A DNA stretch of 18,439 nt, from NCBI GenBank assembly GCA_046597055.1, contig JBKJLC010000012.1:1-18439 (forward strand), in the 5' to 3' direction. The stretch comes from Kofleriaceae bacterium (GTDB taxonomy: Bacteria; Myxococcota_A; Polyangia; Haliangiales; Haliangiaceae). Every line of letters begins with the position of its first letter. Within the stretch, counting starts at the first letter, position 1. The translations under genes were made by a program, and so were the position numbers. Under the pieces are notes generated by a model. It saw nothing but the letters and a program-made list of their open reading frames with translations. It did not search any database and had not been told where the DNA came from. Positions 1 to 7,818 of this stretch are shown piece after piece.

Positions 1-1148
1 GGCAGGGCGGGCATGGTCAGGTGGCTCACGACCGGGGGGCCGATCAGCGTGAAGCTCACCTGGATGCCGCGGCTGGCGACCAGCCAGTTGCCGCGAGCGA
101 CCACCGCGTCGGCTACCTTGCCGGCCGCGCCCCCGCTCGGGGTCCACGCCACCGTCCGCGACTGCAGGTCGAACGACGGGAAGGTGGTGAACGGGATCAT
201 GCTGGTCGCGAGATCGGTCGTCTGGGTGAGCTGCTGACCGGTCTGCCGGCGGAGGTGGAACATCGGCAGGAAGTTGCCGGTGGACTGCATCCGCGAGCGG
301 ATGAACGTGGTCTGCCCGACCGGCGCGATCGGGCCCGACACCGTCACCGACCCGCTGGCCGCCGGCGCGTTGTAGCGCTGCAGATAGCCGTAGGTGACGC
401 CGTCGCGGCGCAGGCCGAGCTGGAGGTCGAGGTCGCGGACCGCCGCCGGCACGCCCGTGTAGGTGATCGATGCGGCGCCGAGGTTGGTCTGGAACCCCGG
501 CATCGTGAGCGTCGTGCCCGCGACGGTCGGCAGGTTGACGTCGGGCAGGACCGAGTAGGCGAGCGGCTCGCCGAGCTGGTCGGTCGCGGTGACCAGGAGG
601 GTGGCGCTCGCGACCTGCGGACAGGTCGGCTGGATCTCGAGCGCCACGGTGGTGCCCTGCGGGAACCCCGACACGCACGGCGCCGACAGGCCGTACGCCG
701 CCGCGCCGGCGAACTGCGGCCAGCTCACCACCACCCGACCGTTGGTCGGGTACCCGACCGGCCGGCGCGCGCCGGCGATGATGTCGGCGCCTGGCTCGAC
801 CCCGACGAAGACGGTCATGCGCTGACTCGCGAAGCCCGACAGCGAGCGCGGCCGGCTGGTGAGGATGGTCGAGCCCGGCACGACGTCGGCGCTGGCGCGG
901 CCGTCGGGGCCGGTCTGCTTGATCTCGTAGGTGCCGTCGGGCCGGATGAAGAACACCCGGGCGTCCGCGATCGGCTCGCCGGGGGCGCTCTCCTGGTCCT
1001 CGAACGTGACGGTGATCGTCGCCGGCCCGATCGCGATGTCGGTCGGCGCGTCGATCGGCGGCGCGGCATCGATGAAGGTCGGCTCGACCGGGCTGCAGGC
1101 GGCGACCGCCGCGGTCAGGACCACGGACGCCAGAGCAGGACTGCGCAT
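1..1148 (-). CDS. Putative lipoprotein, paralog of 1238-2569; 3' end truncated by the window edge
   Basis: Not in the ORF track because there is no stop in the window. My translation from ATG 1148 begins MRSPALASVVLTAAVAACSPVEPTFIDAAPPIDAPTD...GEPIADARVFFIRPDGTYEIKQTGPDGRASADVVPGSTI and ends ...VSFTLIGPPVVSHLTMPAL at the edge in the same frame. It has a lipobox (VAAC) and is colinear with the neighbouring gene. Confidence 0.88.
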   Translation of the reverse strand, partial: MRSPALASVVLTAAVAACSPVEPTFIDAAPPIDAPTDIAIGPATITVTFEDQESAPGEPIADARVFFIRPDGTYEIKQTGPDGRASADVVPGSTILTSRPRSLSGFASQRMTVFVGVEPGADIIAGARRPVGYPTNGRVVVSWPQFAGAAAYGLSAPCVSGFPQGTTVALEIQPTCPQVASATLLVTATDQLGEPLAYSVLPDVNLPTVAGTTLTMPGFQTNLGAASITYTGVPAAVRDLDLQLGLRRDGVTYGYLQRYNAPAASGSVTVSGPIAPVGQTTFIRSRMQSTGNFLPMFHLRRQTGQQLTQTTDLATSMIPFTTFPSFDLQSRTVAWTPSGGAAGKVADAVVARGNWLVASRGIQVSFTLIGPPVVSHLTMPAL

Positions 1149-1155
1149 GGTGGCC

Positions 1156-1161
1156 ATTCTA
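1156..1161 (-). promoter_or_regulatory. Putative -10 element TAGAAT, 7 nt before ATG 1148 (leaderless-type)
   Basis: Minus strand reads ...cccgct TAGAAT ggccacc ATG, with no Shine-Dalgarno. Confidence 0.6.
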
Positions 1162-1237
1162 AGCGGGTCGCCCGTGGCCCGCGAGCGACCTGGCGCACGC
1201 GAGGCTGGCCTGCCTACATCCGCCGACCACGAGGCGG

Positions 1238-2569
1238 TCACTGCGGCCAGGAACCGGCGTAGAAGAGCTCGGGCTCGTCCCGGTACGCGTCGCCGGTGGG
1301 CAGCCCCGCCGACTCGGGCACCACGTCGTGGACGACCGCGGCGTAGTCGCGCTTGCCGACCACGTCGATGAAGAAGACCTCGCTGAGGCTGCCGGTGTCG
1401 GTCGCCATCGGCACCAGGCTGGCGAGCTCGGCCGGCAGCGGCGGCAACGTGAGGTGACTGTCGAGCGCCGGGCCGACCAGGGTGAAGGGTACCTGCACCG
1501 CGCGGCCACCGACCGTCCAGTGCCCGCGCACGGTCACCACGTCGGCGACCTTGCCGGGGCCACCGCCACTGCCGCTCCACGCCACCGTCCGCGCGTGCGG
1601 ATCGAACGACGGGTAGGTCGAGAACGGCATCAGGTTGGGCCCGAGCTCGATCGTCGAGGCGAGCTGCGGGCCCGCCTGCTCGCGGCGGTAGACGATCGGC
1701 AGCCGCTGGCCGGTCGGCGTGAGCTCCGAATAGATCGCGGTGCGCGTGCCGATCGGTGCGATCGGGCCCGACACCGCCAGCGTCGCCCCGGTGGTCGGGA
1801 CGTTGGTGTGCCTCATGGTGCCGTACGCGGCGCCGTCGCGACCCAAGGTGAGCACGGCGTCGATCTCGCTGACCTCGGCGGGCACCATCGTGAAGGTCAC
1901 GGAGGCGGTGGCCAGGTTGGTCTGGAACGCGGGCATCGTGAGGCTCGTGCCGGCCACGCTCGGCAGGTTCACGTCGGGCATGACCGAATAGGCGATCGTG
2001 GCGCCGTCGGCGCGGTGCGCGGTGACCACGATGGTCGAGCTCGCGGCGTGCGGACAGCTCGGCTGGAGGTCGACGTTCACGGTGGTCCCGAGCGGGTAGC
2101 CGGTCGCGCACGGGGCGCCCAGGCGGTACAAGGTGGCGCCCGCGACCGCCGGCCAGCTGAGCGCCACCCGGCCGCTGCGCTGATACCTCACCAGCGGCCG
2201 GCCCCCGGTGACGACCTCGAAGCCGGGCTCGACCCCGGCGTAGGCGGTCAGGTGCGTCACCGTCGCCGACAAGACCCGGGCCGCGATGATCGTCGAGCCC
2301 GGCACGACGTCGGCGGTCGCCCTGCCGTCTGCGCCGGTCCGCACGACCTGGTAGGTCCCGTCGGGCCGGATGAAGAACACCTGGGTATCGGCGATCGGCT
2401 CGCCCACGGTGGGCTCGCCCGCCTCGTAGTTGACCGTGACCGTGGCGGGCCCGAACCCGGCGTCGGGCGACGCGTCGGGCGCGACCACCGCGGCATCGAC
2501 GAAGGTCGCTTGCGGTTCGCCACACGCGGCCGCAGCCAGCACCATCGACACCGCGAGCGGGTTACGCAT
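1238..2569 (-). CDS. Putative beta-rich surface lipoprotein, 443 aa, with an N-terminal carboxypeptidase-regulatory/Ig-like domain
   Basis: Signal peptide with lipobox (MRNPLAVSMVLAAAAC), DA/P linker (DAAVVAPDASPDAG), a GEPIADTQV...RTGADGRA pattern typical of carboxypeptidase-regulatory-like beta-sandwiches, and Thr/Val-rich composition. The domain call is inference. Confidence 0.85.
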   Translation of the reverse strand: MRNPLAVSMVLAAAACGEPQATFVDAAVVAPDASPDAGFGPATVTVNYEAGEPTVGEPIADTQVFFIRPDGTYQVVRTGADGRATADVVPGSTIIAARVLSATVTHLTAYAGVEPGFEVVTGGRPLVRYQRSGRVALSWPAVAGATLYRLGAPCATGYPLGTTVNVDLQPSCPHAASSTIVVTAHRADGATIAYSVMPDVNLPSVAGTSLTMPAFQTNLATASVTFTMVPAEVSEIDAVLTLGRDGAAYGTMRHTNVPTTGATLAVSGPIAPIGTRTAIYSELTPTGQRLPIVYRREQAGPQLASTIELGPNLMPFSTYPSFDPHARTVAWSGSGGGPGKVADVVTVRGHWTVGGRAVQVPFTLVGPALDSHLTLPPLPAELASLVPMATDTGSLSEVFFIDVVGKRDYAAVVHDVVPESAGLPTGDAYRDEPELFYAGSWPQ

Positions 2570-2576
2570 GGTCGCG

Positions 2577-2582
2577 AGTCTA
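2577..2582 (-). promoter_or_regulatory. Putative -10 element TAGACT, 7 nt before ATG 2569
   Basis: Minus strand reads ...ggccc TAGACT cgcgacc ATG. Confidence 0.6.
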
Positions 2583-2615
2583 GGGCCGACCCCGGCCGTC
2601 CCCGCGCGCGCGGCG

Positions 2616-5060
2616 TCAACCTGCCTGGCTCTGCCGACGTCGACCGCGTCGACCTGCGAGGATGCACCAGCCGAGGACGAGCCCGGTCAGCGCCACCGGC
2701 GAGCCGGGGGTGGCCTGGGCGCCGCAGCAGCCGCTGCGCGCGCTGCGCGGCGAGGTCCCGGGTGGGGTCGCGATCGAGCCGTCGTCGCCAGGGGTCGGCA
2801 CCTCGGTGACCGGATCGGCCGCGCCGTCGCCGCCGCCACCGGGCACGGCCTCGGCCACGGCGGCGCCCGCCGCGCCGGCGTCGATCGGACCGCCCGGGCC
2901 AGCCAGCGGCTGCTGCTGGGTCGGATCGTCGACCACCACGCAGGCGGCGTCGAGCGCGAACACCGCGGGTCGGCCGCTGATCTTGGTGCCACCGCCGCCG
3001 GCGGCCACCGTCACCGAGCAGCCGCCCTTGGCCGCGGCCGTGGTCACCGCCGCCCCGGCCGGCGCGTCGAGCACGATGTGGCGCGCGCGGGCCGGGCCCC
3101 GGTACGCGACCGTGCCGCTGCCGCCGACCACCACCACGACCCGGCCATCGCCGCGCTCGGCGGTGATGACCGAGAGCTTGCCCTGGCGGTCGACCGTGGC
3201 GGCCTTGGGCTGGGCGCCGGCGGGCCCGACGTCGATGACGTGCGCGGCCTCCATGGTCGGGCCGGGCGCGACCAGGCGCCACTCGTCGACCGGGAAGCGC
3301 GCCGACTTGCAGCCGCCGCGGGTGATGCCCTCCTCGAAGCAGCTGCGCGCCTTGAGCGCCTCGGTCTCGGGCGTGCCGCCCGAGGACCACAGCCGCTGGA
3401 TCGACAGCGACGAGCCGCCGCGATCGCCGCGCGCGATGTCGCCGGCGCGCCCGAGCTTGGCCAGCGCGCGGAACCGCAGGTGCAGGCCGCGCGCCTGGTC
3501 GCCGCTGTCCGCGCGATCGACCACGACCACGGTCGCGTCCTTGCCGGCGCCCCACGGCACCACCACGATGTCGCGGCTGGCGGCCGGCACGTCGCTCGGA
3601 CGGTCCTGGAACTTGTACTGATCGGCGTAGTCGCAGCGCGCGGCCACCACCCCCGACGCGGTCTGCCGCGCCCACGCGAAGCCGGTCTTCACGCTCCAGT
3701 ACGCCTGCGACGGCTTGTAGTTGTCAGGCAGCTGCTTGGACTCGACGGTCGGCGCGTTACCGGTCAGGCTCGACAGCGTGCCGTACGGGCTGGGATCGAC
3801 GATGAGGTCGTCGGGGCCGCGCGAGATCACCAGGTTGCCCGCGTTGGGATGGACGTGGTCGGCGTCGACCGACTTGCTGCACTGCATGACCGCCCACACC
3901 GCGTCCTTGCCCCAGTGCGAGCGGGTGAAGAACGCGCCGACGCCGCGGGCCATGTACGCGGTCGGCCAGCTGGCGCGCGGCGCCGGCTTGGCGGTGAGGC
4001 GGCCGCTCTCGACCAGCGCGCCGTACAGCGCCCACTGCCCGCTGGTGAGCTTGAGCCGCTCGATCTCGTGGAGCGCCCACGCCTGGGCATCGGCCGAGCC
4101 GCCGCCGATGATGGTCGCGGCCAGGGTCAGGTAGTTGGGCGGCAGGTTGGCGGTCTCGGCCTGGGTATCGCCGCCGACGAACACGCCGGCGCCCGGCGAC
4201 AGCGCGTGCACGTGGCGGCGGAGCAGGTCGTCGAGCCACGGCTTGATCCGGTCGGGCTTCACGCCCTGCTGCGCCATCGCGCGGGCCGCGATCGCGTACT
4301 CGGCGACCGACAGCGGCGCGTACTGCCAGCCCTCGGCCCAGTCGCCGCCGTCGAGGATGCCGCCCGGCGACATCGCGGTGACCATGTCCTTGCCCCAGAT
4401 CTCGTCGCGGACCAGGTGCCACAGCGCGTTGCCGGCCTGGCCGGCCTCGCCGTTCTGCGCGATCGCGATGAAGGTCACCGCGATCAGGTATCCGGCGTGG
4501 TAGTTCGTCGACGGGCTGCGCGCCCGGTAGCCGCTGGCGAGGTACCAGGTGGTCCACGCCGCGAACCGCTGGCGCGCCCGCGCGCGCACGGCCTGGGTCA
4601 TGCGCGGATGATCGTGGAGCCAGTCGTAGGCGAGCGCGGTGTACGGGCCCATCGCGCGGATCGCGAAGCCGCTGTCGCGGGTGGCAGCGGCGTCGCCGCC
4701 CTTGCCGTCCCCGAGCACGGCGAGATCGTCGAGCTGCGCGAGGAAGTAGGTCATCGCGGTGTCGGCGTGCTCGCCCTTGCCGGTCGCGGCCCACGCCACC
4801 AGGCAGGTCTGCAGGTGCGAGGCCCAGTCGAGGCCCATGTACAGGTCGCGGGTGTGGTCCTTGGCGTTCGTGCGCACCTCGCCACAGCGGGTGGCCGCGC
4901 GCGCCACCGTCGAGCCGGGCTGCTTGGCCTGCGCCTGCCACGCGGTGCGCACCGCGCTGTCGAGCAAGAGCCGCGGCCGAGGCGGGGTCGGGACGTCGGG
5001 GGCGGCGCTGACGATGCCGGTCAGGCCGAGGAGGACGACAGCGCAGGCGAGCGCACGCAT
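2616..5060 (-). CDS. Secreted heparinase II/III-like polysaccharide lyase with a C-terminal MYXO-CTERM-like anchor, about 814 aa
   Basis: Signal peptide MRALACAVVLLGLTGIVSA. Helical toroid motifs ALAYDWL, STNYHAG and GGDWAEGWQY. Heparinase II/III-type HVHPNAGNLVISRG..DLIVDP. Gly/Pro/Asp linker followed by SGCCGAQ-hydrophobic stretch-RRGRRR. Start set at ATG 5060 because of the upstream TATCGT. Confidence 0.75.
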   Translation of the reverse strand: MRALACAVVLLGLTGIVSAAPDVPTPPRPRLLLDSAVRTAWQAQAKQPGSTVARAATRCGEVRTNAKDHTRDLYMGLDWASHLQTCLVAWAATGKGEHADTAMTYFLAQLDDLAVLGDGKGGDAAATRDSGFAIRAMGPYTALAYDWLHDHPRMTQAVRARARQRFAAWTTWYLASGYRARSPSTNYHAGYLIAVTFIAIAQNGEAGQAGNALWHLVRDEIWGKDMVTAMSPGGILDGGDWAEGWQYAPLSVAEYAIAARAMAQQGVKPDRIKPWLDDLLRRHVHALSPGAGVFVGGDTQAETANLPPNYLTLAATIIGGGSADAQAWALHEIERLKLTSGQWALYGALVESGRLTAKPAPRASWPTAYMARGVGAFFTRSHWGKDAVWAVMQCSKSVDADHVHPNAGNLVISRGPDDLIVDPSPYGTLSSLTGNAPTVESKQLPDNYKPSQAYWSVKTGFAWARQTASGVVAARCDYADQYKFQDRPSDVPAASRDIVVVPWGAGKDATVVVVDRADSGDQARGLHLRFRALAKLGRAGDIARGDRGGSSLSIQRLWSSGGTPETEALKARSCFEEGITRGGCKSARFPVDEWRLVAPGPTMEAAHVIDVGPAGAQPKAATVDRQGKLSVITAERGDGRVVVVVGGSGTVAYRGPARARHIVLDAPAGAAVTTAAAKGGCSVTVAAGGGGTKISGRPAVFALDAACVVVDDPTQQQPLAGPGGPIDAGAAGAAVAEAVPGGGGDGAADPVTEVPTPGDDGSIATPPGTSPRSARSGCCGAQATPGSPVALTGLVLGWCILAGRRGRRRQSQAG

Positions 5061-5067
5061 GGCGCAC

Positions 5068-5073
5068 ACGATA
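5068..5073 (-). promoter_or_regulatory. Putative -10 element TATCGT, 7 nt before ATG 5060
   Basis: Minus strand reads ...cgcgc TATCGT gtgcgcc ATG. Confidence 0.55.
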
Positions 5074-5097
5074 GCGCGTGCCGCGCCGGGCGGCGGC

Positions 5098-6012
5098 TCA
5101 CCACAGCTTCACCGGGCCGGTCACCGCGCGGATCGTCGGGAGCGCGTCGGGGCTGCGCCGGCGCACCCGTTCGATGCGCACCCAGTACAGGACGCCGCGC
5201 TTGAGCTGCCAGCGCTCGTCGGGCTGCCGCAGATCGTGGCCGCCGTAGCTGGCGCGCTCGCCCGGGAGGAACAGCATCGCGGCCGGCTGCGAGAACGAGT
5301 CGGTGCCGATCAACCAGCCATCGCCGTCGGCGGTGGACGAGCGGATCACGCCGAAGGTGATCACCCCGCCGTCGACCGGCTTGGCCACCGAGCGATAGCC
5401 GGACGGCGGCAGGCTGGTGCGGATCTGGTGGCCGGGCGGCGCCGGCGGATCGGGCAGCGGCGCCGGCGCCGGCCCGTCCTGGGGCGCCAGCGACTCGACC
5501 TGCCAGTACCAGCGTCGCTGATCGTCGAGCGCCCAGGCGCCGCGGGCGGTGACCCGGGTGCCCTCGGCCGGCACGGTCCCGACCACGCCCATCCGCACCG
5601 CCAGCGCGCCGCCACCCTCGGTCTCGTCGACCAGCCAGCGCACGGTGCCCTTGGCGCCGGGCGCGATCGCCTCGCCGCCGAGCCGGCCGCTGATCGACGC
5701 GTGGGCGCCGCGGCGCGCGAGGTAGCGGTCGCGATCGACCACCGCCTGCCACGCCGGCATCGCGCCACCGGCGCCGACGAGATCCGCGTCGTCGTCGGGC
5801 GGCGGCGGCGCGGGCGGGGTCGGGACCGGATCGGGCGCCGGCTCGTCGCCGGCGTCGCCGCGCGCGAGCAACGGGGTCGCGCCGCCGTCGCGGACCCCGC
5901 CCGGCTCGGTGCGCGCCTGGCCCAGCTCGGGCCGGGCATCGCCGCACGCCGTCAGCGCCGCGACCAGCAGCGCCGCGACCGACCGGTTCGTGCTGACCGG
6001 GGTGATTCCCAT
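5098..6012 (-). CDS. Hypothetical lipoprotein, about 304 aa, possibly OB-fold containing
   Basis: This is the C-terminal part of track ORF 5098..6681. ATG 6012 overlaps the upstream TGA (TGATG). MGITPVSTNRSVAALLVAALTAC contains a lipobox, followed by a Pro-rich linker and SISGRL...WLVDE...LAVRM...AEGTRVTARG, which resembles an OB fold. Confidence 0.75.
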   Translation of the reverse strand: MGITPVSTNRSVAALLVAALTACGDARPELGQARTEPGGVRDGGATPLLARGDAGDEPAPDPVPTPPAPPPPDDDADLVGAGGAMPAWQAVVDRDRYLARRGAHASISGRLGGEAIAPGAKGTVRWLVDETEGGGALAVRMGVVGTVPAEGTRVTARGAWALDDQRRWYWQVESLAPQDGPAPAPLPDPPAPPGHQIRTSLPPSGYRSVAKPVDGGVITFGVIRSSTADGDGWLIGTDSFSQPAAMLFLPGERASYGGHDLRQPDERWQLKRGVLYWVRIERVRRRSPDALPTIRAVTGPVKLW

Positions 6013-7013
6013 CAGACCATCCCCGGCAGATCGTCCGGCACGCCGCCGGTGAGTTCGAGCAGCCGCCGGTGCAGACGCACGCCGATGCAGTACGCGCGCG
6101 GGTCCTCGCGGCGCTGGGCGGTGCGCAGGATGCGGGCGCGGGCCGCGACCAGCACGACCTGGCGCTGCGACTCGACCGCCGGCAGCACCTCGGCGCCGGC
6201 CAGCGCGAGCAGCGACATCGCGCCCGGCTCGGCCCGGTCCGACGCGCGCCGGGCCAGCTCGAGCTGGGCGCGGGCGCAGGCGTCGTCGCCCCGGCGAGCG
6301 GCCGCGCGCGCGACCGACGCGTGCAGCGCGGTGCGCCGGTGATCGACCCCGGCGCGGATCGCCGCGGCCAGGGCGGTGGTCGCGACCGCCTCGGCATCGC
6401 GGGCATCGCCGGCCGCGCCGCGCTCGAGCAGCCAGTACGCGCGCGCACACGCGACGTCGACCTGGGCCGCCAGGTCGGCCCCGGCCAGATCGATCGCACC
6501 CAGCGCGGCGATCGCGCGGTCGAGATCGCCGTGCTCGCCGTCGGCCGACGCACACCACGCGGTCGCCACCGCGGCGACCCCGGCCGCGTTGTCGAGCCGG
6601 GCCGCGGCCAGCCCGGCCTGCGCGCACGACCGCGCCTCGTGCGGGAAACCGAGCGCGAGGTACGCGACCGCCAGCAGGCACGATTGATCGGCGAAGTCGT
6701 GGCTGCGGCCCAGATCGCGGGCCATCGCGCGCGCCTTGATCGTCTGGTTCAGCGCCGCCTCGAGCTCGCCGGCGGCGGTGGCGGCGAAGCCCTGCGCGCG
6801 CAGCGCGTCGTACTGGGCGGTGCGGTGGCGCAGGTTGGCGCGGGACGCGCGCTCGCCGAACCCGCGGGCGCTGCGGGCATCGCCCTTGCGCAGCGCGGCG
6901 TGCGCGGCCGCGGCCAGCAGCCGCGCCAGCTCGCGATCGTCGTCGTCGCGCTCGGCCGACGCGAGCGCCGCGTCGATCCCCTCGAGCACCGCGCCCACGT
7001 GATCGTCGGGCAT
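6012..7013 (-). CDS. Ala/Arg-rich helical-repeat (TPR-like) protein, about 333 aa
   Basis: Repeating TPR-like helices (GDARSARGFGERA, GELEAALNQTIKA, LGFPHEARSCAQAGL, GDDACARAQLELA). The C-terminal ARARILRTAQRREDPRAYCIGVRLHRRLL resembles the tails of myxobacterial kinase/STAND-TPR proteins. The start may instead be 7052. Confidence 0.7.
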   Translation of the reverse strand: MPDDHVGAVLEGIDAALASAERDDDDRELARLLAAAAHAALRKGDARSARGFGERASRANLRHRTAQYDALRAQGFAATAAGELEAALNQTIKARAMARDLGRSHDFADQSCLLAVAYLALGFPHEARSCAQAGLAAARLDNAAGVAAVATAWCASADGEHGDLDRAIAALGAIDLAGADLAAQVDVACARAYWLLERGAAGDARDAEAVATTALAAAIRAGVDHRRTALHASVARAAARRGDDACARAQLELARRASDRAEPGAMSLLALAGAEVLPAVESQRQVVLVAARARILRTAQRREDPRAYCIGVRLHRRLLELTGGVPDDLPGMV

Positions 7014-7108
7014 GTCGCTACCGTGGCCCACCCTTACCCTCGTTCTTACCATGGCCCCGTCGCACCGGGCCGGGCAACCCCGTCGCGCCGGCGCGCCGGC
7101 GCGGCGGC

Positions 7109-7768
7109 TCAGCCGGCGGCGAGCGCGCGGGCCGCGTTGAGCGCGCGCGGGAAGCCGAGCGGCGTGGCGCGCAGCTGCAGGACCAGGAAGTCACCGTCGG
7201 TCAGGATGCCGGTGACGTTGACGACCGGCGTCAGCGCCTCGAGCACCCGGCGCACCTTGGCGTTCTGCCGGACCTTCGGGTTGCGCATGATGTCGATGAT
7301 CATGATGTCGTCATTGGCCTCGACCAGGACGTCGGGCTTCTGCGGCGCGAACTTGAGCAGGTTGCCCGGCTTCGACAGGTCGAGCGCGCCGCTCTTGATG
7401 AGCGCCGCGACCGGGGTCGCCGCCTCGCCGAGCACCTTGAGGTCGATGTTCGACAGCCGCATCTTGACCTTCACCGACTCGGGCGCGATGTCGATCTGCT
7501 CGATCTTGATCGAGGCCGACGCGCGCACGGTGGTGCCCATCAGGTCGATGGTCGCGCCGACCGCGATCGCGGGCGGACGGGTCATCACCGTCACGTCCTG
7601 CGGCGCCTTCTTCGACGGCGGCGTGTTGGCGATGAACCAGCGCACGGCGTCGAGGGGGATCGCCACCCGCATTCCGATCGCATGGCGGGCCATGCTGAGG
7701 AGGGTCGTCGGATTCTTGGCCATGAACCGCCCGGCGGATTGAAGGGCAGCACGGATGGGAAGCGCCAT
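7109..7768 (-). CDS. Hypothetical protein, 219 aa
   Basis: Natural amino-acid composition (Lys/Ile/Met-rich despite high GC), G/C-ending codons, and its own -10-like hexamer. No recognised motif. Confidence 0.85.
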   Translation of the reverse strand: MALPIRAALQSAGRFMAKNPTTLLSMARHAIGMRVAIPLDAVRWFIANTPPSKKAPQDVTVMTRPPAIAVGATIDLMGTTVRASASIKIEQIDIAPESVKVKMRLSNIDLKVLGEAATPVAALIKSGALDLSKPGNLLKFAPQKPDVLVEANDDIMIIDIMRNPKVRQNAKVRRVLEALTPVVNVTGILTDGDFLVLQLRATPLGFPRALNAARALAAG

Positions 7769-7774
7769 GTCGCG

Positions 7775-7780
7775 ATCCTA
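7775..7780 (-). promoter_or_regulatory. Putative -10 element TAGGAT, 6 nt before ATG 7768
   Basis: Minus strand reads ...gctgcta TAGGAT cgcgac ATG. Confidence 0.55.
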
Positions 7781-7818
7781 TAGCAGCCACCGCGCCGACC
7801 CGCGGTCGCGGCGACCAC

